Shown here: one piece after another, positions 12,101-25,679 of the stretch | How the letters are laid out: each line of letters begins with the position of its first letter | Position numbering within the stretch: position 1 is the first letter of the stretch | Assembly: GCA_030390025.1 (NCBI GenBank) | Contig: JASTWF010000034.1 | Span: forward strand, 2,046,001 to 2,110,000 | Reading direction: 5' to 3' | DNA: 64,000 nucleotides | Origin: Squalus acanthias | Taxonomy: Eukaryota | Notes under the pieces: model-generated | Seen by the model: only the letters and a program-made list of their open reading frames with translations | Database searches by the model: none | Told to the model about the DNA's origin: nothing | Translations under genes and position numbers: made by a program

Positions 12101-15100
12101 AACTCCACTGTACACCTCCCTCCAGACCCCAGTACTGATTCCTGGGGAACTCCACTGTATACCTCCCTCCAGACCCCAGTACTGAACCCTGGGGAACTCC
12201 ACTGTACACCTCCCCCCAGACCCCAGTACTGAACCCTGGGGAACTCCACTTTATACCTCCCTCCAGACCCCAGTACTGAACCCTGGGGAACTCCACTGTA
12301 TACCTCCCTCCAGACCCCAGTACTGATTCCTGGGGAACTCCACTGTATACCTCCTTCCAGACGCCAATACTGGACCCTGGGGAACTCCACTGTATACCTC
12401 CCTCCAGCCCCCAGTACTGAACCCTGGGAACTCCACTGTATTCCTCCCTCGAGCCCCAGTACTGAACCCTGGGGAACTCCACTGTATACCTCCCTCCAGC
12501 CCCTGCTACTGAACACTGGGGAACTCCACTGTATACCTCCCTCCAGCCCCCAGTACGGAACCCTGGGGAAATCCACTTTATATCTCCCTTCATACCCCAG
12601 AACTGGACCCTGGGAACTCCACAGCATATCTCCCTCCAGCCCCTGCAACTGAACCCTAGGGAACTCCACTGTATACCTCCCTCCAGATACCAGTACTGGA
12701 CCCTGGGGATCTCGACTGTATATCTCGCCAAAGACACCAGGTCTGAACCCTGGTGAACTCCACTGTATACCTGCCCCCAAGACAACAGTACTGAATCCTG
12801 GGGAACTCCACAGTATACCTCCCCTCAGACCCCTGTACTGAACCCTGGGGAACTCCACTTGAAACATCCCTGCAGCCCCCAGTAGAGCGTCCTGGGTATG
12901 TCCAGTGTTTGCCTACCTCCAGCCCCTGTTCTACACCATGGGGAGCTCCAATATATAACTCCCTTCAGCCCAGAGTATTGATCGCTGGGGAACTCCACTG
13001 TATACCTCACCCCAGACCCCAGTAATATCCCTCCGGAACTCCACTTTAAACTACATGCAAAACCCTGCTACTGAACCCTGGGGAACTCCACTGTATACTT
13101 CCCTCCAGACACCAGTACTGAACCCTGGGGAACATCACTGTATACCTCCCTCCAGCCCCCAGTACTGAACACTGGGGAACCCCACTGTATACCTCCCTCC
13201 AGCCCCCAGTACTGAACCCTGGGGAACTCCACTGTATACCTCCCTCCAGACACCAGTACTGAACCCCGGGGAACTGCACTGTATACCTCCCTCCATATCG
13301 CAGTACTGAACCCTGGGGAACTCCACTGTTTTACTCCCTCCCGACCCCAGTACTGAATCCTGGGGAACTCCACTGTATACCTCCCTCCAGACCCCAGTGC
13401 TGAACCCTGGGGAACTCCACTGTATACCTCCCTCCAGTCCCCAGTACTGAACCCTGTGGAACTCCACTGTATACCTCCCTCCAGACCCCAGCACTGACCC
13501 CGGGGGAACTCCACTGTATATCTCCCTCCATACCCCAGAACTGAACCCTCGGGAACTCCACTGTATACCTCCCTCCAGACACCAGTACTGAACCCTGGGG
13601 AAATACACTTTATATCTCCCTTCATACCCCAGAACTGAACCCTGAGGATCTCCACTGTGTACCTCCCTCCAGACCCCAGCACTGAACCCTGGTGAACTCC
13701 ACTGTATACATCCCTCCAGACCCCAGTACTGAACCCTGGGAAAATACACTTTATATCTCCCTTCATACCCCAGAACTGAACCCTAGGGAACTCCACTGTA
13801 TACCTCCCTCCAGATACCAGTACTTGACCCTGGGGATCTCGACTGTATATCTCGCCACAGACATCAGGTCTGAACCCTGGGAAACTCAACTGTATACCTC
13901 CCTCCAGACCCCAGTACTGATTCCTGGGGAACTCCACTGTATACCTCCCTCCAGACCCCAGTACTGAACCCTGGGGAACTCCACTGTATACCTCCGTCCA
14001 GACCCCTGTACTGAACCCTGGGGAACTCCACTGTACACCTCCCCCCAGACCCCAGTACTGAACCCTGGGGAACTCCACTTTATACCTCCCTCCAGACCCC
14101 AGTACTGAACCCTGGGGAACTCCACTGTATACCTCCCTCCAGACCCCAGTACTGATTCCTGGGGAACTCCACTGTATTCCTCCCTCCAGACCCCAGTACT
14201 GAACCCTGGGGAACTCCACTGTATACCTCCGTCCAGACCCCTGTACTGAACCCTGGGGAACTCCACTGTACACCTCCCCCCAGACCCCAGTACTGAACCC
14301 TGGGGAACTCCACTTTATACCTCCCTCCAGACCCCAGTACTGAACCCTGGGGAACTCCACTGTATACCTCCCTCCAGACCCCAGTACTGATTCCTGGGGA
14401 ACTCCACTGTATACCTCCTTCCAGACGCCAATACTGGACCCTGGGGAACTCCACTGTATACCTCCCTTCAGCCCCCAGTACTGAACCCTGGGAACTCCAC
14501 TGTATTCCTCCCTCGAGCCCCAGTACTGAACCCTGGGGAACTCCACTGTATACCTCCCTCCAGCCCCTGCTACTGAACACTGGGGAACTCCACTGTATAC
14601 CTCCCTCCAGCCCCCAGTACGGAACCCTGGGGAAATCCACTTTATATCTCCCTTCATACCCCAGAACTGGACCCTGGGAACTCCACAGCATACCTCCCTC
14701 CAGCCCCTGCAACTGAACCCTAGGGAACTCCACTGTATACCTCCCTCCAGATACCAGTACTGGACCCTGGGGATCTCGACTGTATATCTCGCCAAAGACA
14801 CCAGGTCTGAACCCTGGTGAACTCCACTGTATACCTGCCCCCAAGACAACAGTACTGAATCCTGGGGAACTCCACAGTATACCTCCCCTCAGACCCCTGT
14901 ACTGAACCCTGGGGAACTCCACTTGAAACATCCCTGCAGCCCCCAGTAGAGCGTCCTGGGTATGTCCAGTGTTTGCCTACCTCCAGCCCCTGTTCTACAC
15001 CATGGGGAGCTCCAATATATAACTCCCTTCAGCCCAGAGTATTGATCGCTGGGGAACTCCACTGTATACCTCACCCCAGACCCCAGTAATATCCCTCCGG

Positions 15101-18100
15101 AACTCCACTTTAAACTACACGCAAAACCCTGCTACTGAACCCTGGGGAACTCCACTGTATACTTCCGCATAGACACCTGGATTGAACCCTGGGGAACTCC
15201 ACTGTATACCTCCCTCCAGCCCCCAGTACTGAATCGTGGGTAACTCCACTGTATACCTCTCTCCTGTCCCCAGTACTGAATCCTGGGGAACTCCTCTCTT
15301 TAGATCCTTCCAGACACCTGGACTGAAACCTGGGGAATTCCACTGTACACCTCTCTCCAGTCCCCAGTTCTGAATCGTGGGGAACTCCACTGTATACCTC
15401 TCTCCAGTCCCCAGTACTGAATCCTGGGGAACTCCACTGTTTACATCCCACCAGCCCTTGCGACTGAAGCCTTAGGAACTCCACTGTATACCTCCTTCCA
15501 GATCCCAGTACTGAACCTTGGGGAATCCCACTGCAGACCTCCCTCCAATTCCCAGTACTGAACCCTGGGGAACTCCACTGTATTCCTCCCTCCAGACCCC
15601 AGTACTGAACCCTGGGGAACGCCACGGTATACCGCCCTCCATAACCCAGTACTGAACCCTAGGGAACTCTACTGTATTCCTCCCTTCGAACCCCAGTACT
15701 GAACCCTGGGGAACTCCACTGTATACCTCCCTCCAGCCCCCAGTACTGAACCCTGGGGAACACCACTGTTTACCTCCCTCCAGACCCCAGTACTGAACCT
15801 TGGGAAACTCAACTGTATATCTCCCTCAAGCCCCCAGTAATGAACCCTGAGTAACTCCACGGTATACTACCCCCAAGACACCAGTACTGAACCCTGGGGA
15901 ACTCCACTGCATACCTCCCTTCAGACCCCAGTACTGAACCCCAGGGAACTCCACTGTATACCTTCCTCCAGCCCCCAGTACAGCGTCCTGGGTATGTCCA
16001 GAGTTTGCCTACCTCCAGCCCCCTGTTCTAAACCCCGGGGAATTCAAGTTTATATCTCCCTTCAGCCCACAGTACTGAACCTTGGGGAACTTCACTGTAT
16101 ACCTCCCCCCAGACCGCAGTACTGAACCCTGGGGAACACCACTCTATACATCCCCCCAGACCCCAGTACTGAACCTAGGGGAACTCCATGTTAACTTCCC
16201 ACCAGCCCCCAGTACTGAACCCTGGGGAACATCACTGTATACCTCCCTCCAGCCCCCAGTACTGAACACTGGGGAACCCCACTGTATACCTCCCTCCAGC
16301 CCCCAGTACTGAACCCTGGGGATCCCCACTCTATACATCCCTCCAGACCCCAGTACTGAACCTTGGGGAACTCCACTGTATACCTCCCACCAGCCCCCAG
16401 TACTAAACCCTGGGGATCATCACTGTATACCTCCCTCCAGCCCCCAGTACTGAACACTGGGGAACCCCACTGTATACCTCCCTCCAGCCCCCAGTACTGA
16501 ATCCTGGGGAACCCCACTCTATACATCCCTCCAGACCCCAGTACTGAACCTTGGGGAACTCCACTCTATACCTCCCACCAGCCCCCAGTACTGAACACTG
16601 GGGAACCCCACTGTATACCTCCCTCCAGCCCCCAGTACTGAACCCTGGGGAACCCCACTCTATACATCACTCCAGACCCCAGTCCTGAACACTGTGGAAC
16701 TCCACTGTATACCTGCCCCCAGACCCCAGTACTGAAGCCTGGGGAACTCCACTGTATACCTCCCTCCAGACCCCAGTACTGAACCCTGGGGAACTCCACT
16801 GTAAACCTGCGCCCAGACCCCAGTACTGAACCCTGGGGAACTCCACTGTATACCTCCCTCCAGCCCCCAGTACTGAACCCTGGGGAACTCCACTGTATAC
16901 CTCCCTCCAGACCCCAGTACTGAACCCTGGGGAACTCCACTGTATACCTCCCTCCAGACACCAGTACTGAACCCCGGGGAACTGCACTGTATACCTCCCT
17001 CCATATCGCAGTCCTGAACCCTGGGGAACTCCACTGTTTTACTCCCTCCCGATCCCAGTACTGAATCCTGGGGAACTCCACTGTATACCTCCCTCCAGAC
17101 CCCAGTGCTGAACCCTGCGGAACTCCACTGTATACCTCCCTCCAGAACCCAGTACTGAACCCTGTGGAACTCCACTGTATACCTCCCTCCAGACCCCAGT
17201 ACTGAACCCTGTGGAACTCCACTGTATACCTCCCTCCAGACCCCAGTACTGAACCCTGGAGAACTCCACTGTATACCTCCCTCCAGCCCCCAGTACTGAA
17301 CACTGGGGAACTCCACTGTATAACTGCCTCCAGACCCCAGTACTGAACCCTGGGGAACTCCACTAGAAACCTCCCTCCAGACCCCAGTACTGAACCCTGG
17401 GGAACTCCACTGTATACCTCCCTCCAGACCCCAGTACTTAACCCTAGGGAACACCACTGTATACCTCCCTCCAGACCCCAGTACTGAACCCTGGGGAACA
17501 CCACTGTATACATCCCTCCAGGCCCCAGTACTGAACCCTGGGGAACTCCACTATAAACCTCCCTCCAGACCCCAGTACTGAACACTGGGGAACTCCACTG
17601 TATACCTCCCTCCAGACCCCAGTACTGAACCCTGGGGATCTCCACTGTATACCTCCCTCCAGACCCCAGTGCTGGACCCTGGGGAACTCCACTGTATACC
17701 TCCCTGCAGACCCCAGTACTGAACCCTGGGGAACTCCAATGTATACCTCCCTCCAGACCCCAGTACTGAACCCTGGGGAACTCCACTGTATACCTCCCTC
17801 CAGCCCCCAGTACTGAACCCTGGGGAACTCCACTGTATAACTCCCTCCAGACCCCAGTACTGAACCCTGGGGAACATCACTGTATACCTCCCTCCAGCCC
17901 CCAGTACTGAACACTGGGGAACCCCACTGTATACCTCCCTCCAGCCCCCAGTACTGAACCCTGGGGAACCCCACTCTATACATCCCTCCAGACCCCAGTA
18001 CTGAAGCTTGGGGAACTCCACTGTATACCTCCCACCAGCCCCCAGTACTGAACACTGGGGAACCCCACTGTATACCTCCCTCCAGCCCCTAGTACTGAAC

Positions 18101-20308
18101 CCTGGGGAACCCCACTCTATACATCCCTCCAGACCCCAGTCCTGAACACTGGGGAACTCCACTGTATACCTGCCCCCAGACCCCAGTACTGAAGCCTGGG
18201 GAACTCCACTGTATACCTCCCTCCAGACCCCAGTACTGAACCCTGGGGAACTCCACTGTATACCTCCCTCCAGCCCCCAGTACTGAACCCTGGGGAACTC
18301 CACTGTATACCTCCCTCCAGCCCCCAGTACTGAACCCTGGGGAACTCCACTGTATACCTCCCTCCAGACACCAGTACTGAACCCCGGGGAACTGCACTGT
18401 ATACCTCCCTCCATATCGCAGTACTGAACCCTGGGGAACTCCACTGTTTTACTCCCTCCCGACCCCAGTACTGAATCCTGGGGAACTCCACTGTATACCT
18501 CCCTCCAGACCCCAGTACTGAACCCTGTGGAACTCCACTGTATAACTCCCTCCAGACCCCAGTACTGAACCCTGGTGAACTCCACTATAAACCTCCCTCC
18601 AGACCCCAGTACTGAACCCTGGGGAACTCCACTGTATACCTCCCTCCAGACCCCAGTACTGAACCCTGGGGAACACCACTGTATACATCCCTCCAGGCCC
18701 CAGTACTGAACCCTGGGGAACTCCACTATAAACCTCCCTCCAGACCCCAGTACTGAACACTGGGGAACTCCACTGTATACCTCCCTCCAGACCCCAGTAC
18801 TGAACCCTGGGGATCTCCACTGTATACCTCCCTCCAGACCCCAGTGCTGAACTCTGTTGAACTCCACTGTATACCTCCCTGCAGACCCCAGTACTGAACC
18901 CTGGGGAACTCCACTGTATACCTCCCTCCAGACCCCAGTACTGAACCCTGGGGAACTCCACTGTATACCTCCCTCCAGCCCCCAGTACTGAACCCTGGGG
19001 TACTCCACTGTATAACTCCCTCCAGACCCCAGTACTGAACCCTGGGGAACTCTACTATAAACCTCCCTCCAGACCCCAGTACTGAACCCTGGGGAACTCC
19101 ACTGTATACCTCCCTCCAGACCCCAGTACTGAACCCTGGGGAACTCCACTGTATACCTCCCTCCAGCCCCATTACTGAACTGTGGGGAACGCCACTGTAC
19201 ACCTCTCTCCAGACCCCAGTACTGAACGCTGCGGAACTCCAATGAATACCTCCTACCAGATTCCCGTGCTGAATCCTGGGGATCTCCACTGTATACCGCC
19301 CTCCAGCCCCCAGTACTGAACACTGGGGAACCCAACTGCATACATCCCTCCAGCCCCCAGTACATCGTCCTGGGTATGTCCAGTGTTTGCCTACCTCCAG
19401 CCCCCTGTTCTAAACCCTGGGGAACGCCAATGTATACCTCCCTTCAGATCACAGTACTGATCGCTAGGGAATTCCACTGTATACCTCCCTCCTGTCCCAG
19501 CTACTGAACCCAGGGGAACTCCACTGTATACCTCCCTCCAGACCCCAGTACTGAACGCTGTGGAACTCCAATGAATACCTCTTTCCAGACCCCCGTACTG
19601 AATCCTGGGGATCTCCACTGTATACCACCCTCCAGCCCCCAGTACTGAACACTGGGGAACCCAACTGCATACCTCCCTCCAGCCGCCAGTACTGAACCCT
19701 GGGGAACCCCACTGTATACCTCTCCCCAGACCCCAGTACTGATCGCTAGGGAATTCCACTGTATACCTCCCTCCAGCCCCCACGACTGACCACTGTGAAA
19801 CTCCGCATTCTACCTCCATGCAGCTCCCAGTAATGAACCCTGGGGAACTCCACTGTACAGCTCCCCCCAGACAGCAATACTGAACCCTGGGGAACTCCAC
19901 TGTATTCCTCCCTCCAGCCCAAAGCACTGAACCCTGGGGAACTCCACTGTATACCTCACTCCATACACCAGTACTGAACCCTGGGGAACTCCACTGTATA
20001 CCTCACTCTAGCCCAAAGCACTGAACCCTGGGGAACTCCACTGTACACCTCACTCCATACACCAGTATTGAACCCTGGGGAACTCCACTGTCTACCTCCC
20101 TCCAGATCCAAATAGTGAAACCTGGGGAACTCCACTGTATACCTCCTTCCGGCACACAATACTGAACGCTGGGTAACTCCACTGTATACCTCCCTCCAGC
20201 CCACAGTAATGAACGCTGGGGAACTCCACTGTATACCTCCCTCCAGCCCCCTGTTCTGAATCCTGGGGCACTACACTGTATACCGCCCCCCAGCCCCCAC
20301 GACTGAAC
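6114..20308 (-). repeat. 47-bp satellite derived from CR1 RT motif, about 300 monomers with higher-order repeats
   Basis: Plus-strand unit gaccccagtactgaaccctggggaactccactgtatacctccctcca (47 nt); the minus strand encodes WREVYSGVPQGSVLG; variant blocks recur every 2.06-2.21 kb. Confidence 0.97.
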
Positions 20309-23243
20309 ATAGAATCATAGGAGCAGGAGTAGGCCATTCGGCCCCACGAGCCTGCTCCACCATTCAATGAGATCATGGCTGATCATCCAAATTCAGTACC
20401 CTGACCCTGCTTTCTCGCCATATCCTTGATCCCTTTAGCCTTAAGAAATATATCTAACTCCTTCTTGAATATATTTAATGAATTGGCCTCAACTGCCTTC
20501 TTGGTAGAGAATTCCACAGGTTCACCACTCTCTGGGTGAAGAAATTCCTCCTCATCTCTGTCCTAAATGGCCTTATCCCTTATCCTTAGACTGTGACCCC
20601 TGGTTCTGGACTCCCCAGCCATTGGGAACATCCTTCCTGCAGCTAGTCTGTCTAGTCATGTTCGAATTTTATAAGTTTCAATGAGATCCCCTCTCATTCT
20701 TCTAAACTCCAGCGAGTATAATCCCAATCGACCCAATCTCTCCTCATACGCCATTCCTGCCATCCCAGGTATCAGCCTGGTGAATCTTCGCTGAACTCCT
20801 TCCATGGCAAGAACATCCTTCCTCAAGATAAGGCGACCAAAGCTGCACACAATACTCAAGATGTGGTCTCACCAAGGCTCTGTGCAACTCCAGCAAGACA
20901 TCCTTGTTCCTGTACTCGATCCCTCTCGCTACAAAGGCCGACATACCATTTGCCTTCTTAACCGCCTGCTGCACCTGCATGCTTACCTTCAGCGACTGGT
21001 GCGCAAGGACTCTCAGGTCTCATTGCACTTCCCCTTCTCCCAATCTATTGCCGTTCAGATAATAATCTGCCTCCTGTTTTTGCCACCAAAGTGGATAACC
21101 TCGCATCTATCCACATTGGGCAGATGCATGGCAAATGCAGTACAATCACCCAACCTGTCCAAATCATACTGGAATTTCTCGGCCACCTCCTCACAGCACA
21201 CACGCCTACCCAGCTTTGTGTCGTCTGCAAACTTGGAGATATTACATCTAGGTCCCTCGTCTAGATCATTAATATATATTGTGATTAGCTGGGGTCTTAG
21301 GACCGATCCCTGCGGTACCCCACTAGTCACTGCCTGCCACTCGGAAAAAGACTCATTTATTCCAACTGTTTGCTACCTGTCTGCCAACCAGTTCTCTATC
21401 CAAGTCAGTACCCTGCCCACAATCCCATGTGCCTTACCTTTACACGCTAATCTCTTATGCGGGACCTTATCGAAAGCCTTCTGAAAGTCCAAATACACCA
21501 CATCCACTGGATCTCCCTTATCTATTTTACCAGTTACATCCTTAAAAAATTCCAGTCGATTAGTCAAGCACGAGTTACCTTATGTAAATCCATGTTGACT
21601 TTGACCGATCCTGTCACTGTTTTCCAACTGCTCTGCTATTACATCTTTTGTAATGGACTCCAACATTTTCCCCACTACCGATGTCAGGCTTCCCGGTCTA
21701 TAATTCCCCGTTTTCTCTCTCCCACCTTTTTTAAATGGTGGGGTAATATTAGCTACCCTCCAATGCATGGGAATTGTTCCAGTGTCTATAGAATTTTGGA
21801 AGATGACTAGCAATGCATCTACTATTTCTAGGGCCACTTCCTTAAGTATCCTAGGATGTAGATTATCAGGCTCTGGGGATGAATCGGCCTTCAATCCCGT
21901 CAATTTCCCTAACGCCATCTCCCGACAATTACTGATTTCTTTCAGTTCCTCCCTCTCATTAGACCCTATGTTCCCCGACATCTCTGGGAGGTTATTTGTG
22001 TCCTCCTTTGTGAAGACAGAACCAAAGTATGTATTCGATTGGTCGGCCATTTTTTTGTTCCCCATTATAAATTCCCCTGATTCTGACTGTAAGGGACCTA
22101 CGCTTGACTTCACCAATCTTTTTCTGTTCACATATCTATAGAAGCTTTTGCAGTCAGTTTTTATGTTCCTCGCAAGCATACTCTCATACTCTATTTTCCC
22201 CCTCTTAATTAATCCCTTTGTCCTCCTCTGGTGAATCCTAAACTGCTCCCAATCCTCAGGTTTGCTGCTTTTTCTGGCTAATTTATATGTCCTCTCTTTG
22301 GATCTTATGCTATCCCTAATTTCCCTTGTTAGCCACGGTTGATTCACATTTTTTGTTTTATTTTTATGCCAAACGGGGATGAACAAATTCTGTAGTTCAT
22401 ACATGCGATCTTTAAATGTTTGCCTTTGCCTATCCAAAATCAACCCTTTGATTAACATTCCCCAATCAATCCTACCCAATTCGCGCCTCGTACCATCGTA
22501 GTTTCCTTCATTTAAATTCAGGACCCGAGTCTGTGAGTCAAATACTTCACTCTCTATTTTAATGAAGAATTCGATCATATTATGATCGCTCCGCCCCAAG
22601 GGGCTTCACACAACAAGATTGCTAATTATTCCTTTCTAATTACATAATACCCAGTCTAAGCTGGCCTGATCTCGAGTTGGTTCCTCGACATATTGGTCCA
22701 GGAAAACATCCCGTATACACTCCAGGCATTTCTCCTCCTCAATATTGTTACTAATTTGGTTTGCCCAATCTAAATGTAGATTTAAGTCATCCATGATAAG
22801 TGCAGTGCCCTTATTGCACGCGTCTCTATTTTCCCGTTTAATGCCATCCCCAACTTCAGCATTACTGTTTGGGGGTCTGTATACAACTCCCACTAACGTT
22901 TTCTGTCCCTTGGTATTTTTCAGCTCTACCCATACAGATTCTACATCATCAGAGCTAATATCCTTCCTTATAATTGTGTTAATCTCCTCTTTAAACAGCA
23001 ATGCTACCCGATTCCTTTTCCTTTTTGCTTGTCTTTCCTGAATATTGAATCCCCCTGGATGTTGAATTCCCAGCCTTGGTGACCCTGGAGCCATGTTTCC
23101 GTTAACCCAATCATATCATATCCGTTTACATATATTTGCGATGCTAATTCATCCACCTTATTACGAATGCTCCTCGCATTCAGACACAAAGCCTTCAGGC
23201 TTGTTTTTTTTAACACTCTTAGACCTTTTAGAATTATTATTTA
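20305..23243 (-). mobile_element. CR1 LINE (whole ORF2, no ORF1) inserted into the 47-bp satellite
   Basis: LNARSIRNKVDEL, YRPPNS, LDFQKAFDKVPH, GVPQGSVLRP, KFADDTK and QRRFTR on the minus strand; tail ctatgattctatgttc at about 20305-20320; frameshifts present. Confidence 0.95.
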
Positions 23244-24918
23244 CCGGGGAACTCCACTGTCTACCTCCCTCCAGACCCCAGTACCGAACCCTGGGGATTT
23301 CCACTGTATACCTCCCCCCAGACACCAGTACTGAACCCTGGGGAACTCCACTGTATACCTCCCTCCAAACCCCAGTATTGATCGCTGGTGAACTTCACTG
23401 TATACTTCGCCCCAGACACCAGTACTGAACCCTGGGGAACTCCACTGTATACCTCCCTCCAGACCCCAGTACTGAACCCTGGGGAACTCCACTGTATACC
23501 TCCCTCCAGCCCCCAGTACTGAACCCTGGGGAACTCCACTGAATACCTCCCTCCAGCCCCCAGTACTGAACCCTGGGGAACTACACTATACCTCCCTCCA
23601 TACACCAGTATTGATCGCTGGTGAACTCCACTGTATACCTCCCTCCAGCACCCAGTACTGAACCCTGGGGAATTCCACTGTATACCTCCCCCCAGACCCC
23701 AGTACTGAACCCTGGGGAACTCCACTGTATACCTCCCTCCAACCCCCAGTACTGAACCCTGGGGAACACCACTGCATACCTCCCTCCATACCCCAGTACT
23801 GAACCCTGGGGAACTCCACTGTATACCTCCCTCCAGAACCCAGTACTGAACCCTGGGGAACTCCACTGTCTACCTCCCCCAGACACCAGTACTGAACCCT
23901 GGGGAACTACACTGTATACCTCCCTCCATACCCCAGTATTGATCGCTGGTGAACTCCACTGTATACCTCCCTCCAGCACCCAGTACTGAACCCTGGGGAA
24001 TTCCACTGTATACCTCCCCCCAGACCCCAGTACTGAACCCTGGGGAACTCCACTGTATACCTCCCTCCAACCCCCAGTACTGAACCCTGGGGAACACCAC
24101 TGCATACCTCCCTCCATACCCCAGTACTGAACCCTGGGGAACTCCACTGTATACCTCCCTCCAGAACCCAGTACTGAACCCTGGTGAAATCCACTGCATA
24201 CCTCCCTCCAGCCCCCAGTACTGAACCCTGGGGAACTCCACTGTATACCACCCTCCAGCCCCCAGTACTGAACCCTGGGGAACTCCACTGTATACCACCC
24301 TCCAGCCCCCAGTACTGAACCCTGGGGAACTCCACTGTATACCACCCTCCAGACCCCAGTACAGAACCCTGGGGATCTACACTGTATACCTCCCTCCATA
24401 CCCCAGTATTGATCGCTGGTGAACTCCACTGTATACCTCCCTCCAGCACCCAGTACTGAACCCTGGGGAATTCCACTGTATACCTCCCCCCAGACCCCAG
24501 TACTGAACCCTGGGGAATTCCACTGTATACCTCCCTCCAGACCCCAGTACTAAACCCTGGGGAACTCCACTGTATACCTCCCCCCAGACCCCTATACTGA
24601 ACCCTGGGGAACTCCACTGTCTACCTCCCCCAGACACCAGTACTGAACCCTGGGGAACTACACTGTATACCTCCCTCCATACCCCAGTATTGATCGCTGG
24701 TGAACTCCACTGTATACCTCCCCCCAGACCCCAGTACTGAATCCTGGGGAATTCCACTGTATACCTCCCTCCAACCCCCAGTACTGAACCCTGGGGAACT
24801 CCACTGTATACCTCCCTCCATACCCCAGTACTGAACCCTGGGGAACTCCACTGTATACCTCCCTCCAGACCCCAGTACTGAACCCTGGGGAACTCCACTG
24901 TATACCTCCCTCCAGCCC
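23244..24918 (-). repeat. 47-bp satellite, distal block, about 36 monomers
   Basis: Same unit as 6114-20308, resuming in register after the CR1. Confidence 0.97.
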
Positions 24919-24989
24919 TCGGTGAGAAGGTTATTAGTGAGTAAGTGCCACTTAATAGCACTGTCGACGGCACCTTTCATCACTTTGCT

Positions 24990-25670
24990 CATTTCACCAG
25001 TCTGCCTATGTCCTCCTGAAGCCTACTACTATCCCGCTCTGTTTGTATATAAAAGTCTATATCATTAATATATATCAAAAAGAGCAGTGGTCCGAATAAC
25101 GACATCTGGGGATACCACTGTACACTTCCCTCCAGTCTGAACAACAACCGTTCACCACTACTCTCGGTTTTCTGTCCCTGAGCCAATGTCAGATCCCCAC
25201 TGCCACTGTCCCTTTGGTCCTATCAAGTCTATTCAATTGTACTTCATCAAATGCATTTTTAAAGTCCATATACTCAACTTCAACCGCACTACCCTCATCA
25301 ACCATTTCCGTTAATTCATCACAGAATTTAATCAAGTTTGTCAGACACACTTTGCCGTTAACATATCCATGCTGGTTGTCATTTATTAATGCATGTTTTT
25401 TTTCCAAAAAGCAGATACTTTTCTCTGTGAATATGGCCTCTAGAGTTTTCCCAACACTGACGTTAGACTGACTGGCCTGCAGTTACTGGGTTTATCCCTC
25501 TCTCCTTTTTTAAACAGGCTGTAACATTTGCAAACCTCCTGTCCTCTGGCACCACTCCCATATCCGAGGAGGATTGAAATATTCGGTCCAGAGCCTGCGC
25601 TATTTCCACCATTCCTTCACTCAGCAATCCTCATACTTCCCATCCAGACCGGGTAAATGTTCTACTTTAC
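24990..25670 (-). mobile_element. CR1 RT fragment containing a native copy of the satellite monomer
   Basis: Minus strand QHGYVNGKVCLTNL, YMDFKNAFD and (with a 1-nt slip) VVNGCCSDWREVYSG..FGPLLFLIYIND. Confidence 0.88.
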
Positions 25671-25679
25671 TGTGGTACA

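Noticed and set aside
6114..20308. CRISPR array
   Set aside because: Head-to-tail monomers with no unique spacers, no cas genes, vertebrate context.
6033..24992. Many long minus-strand ORFs (up to 647 aa) as a repetitive protein gene
   Set aside because: The consensus 47-nt unit has no minus-strand stop in any frame, so all three frames cycle through the same 47-aa text; no splice or start context.
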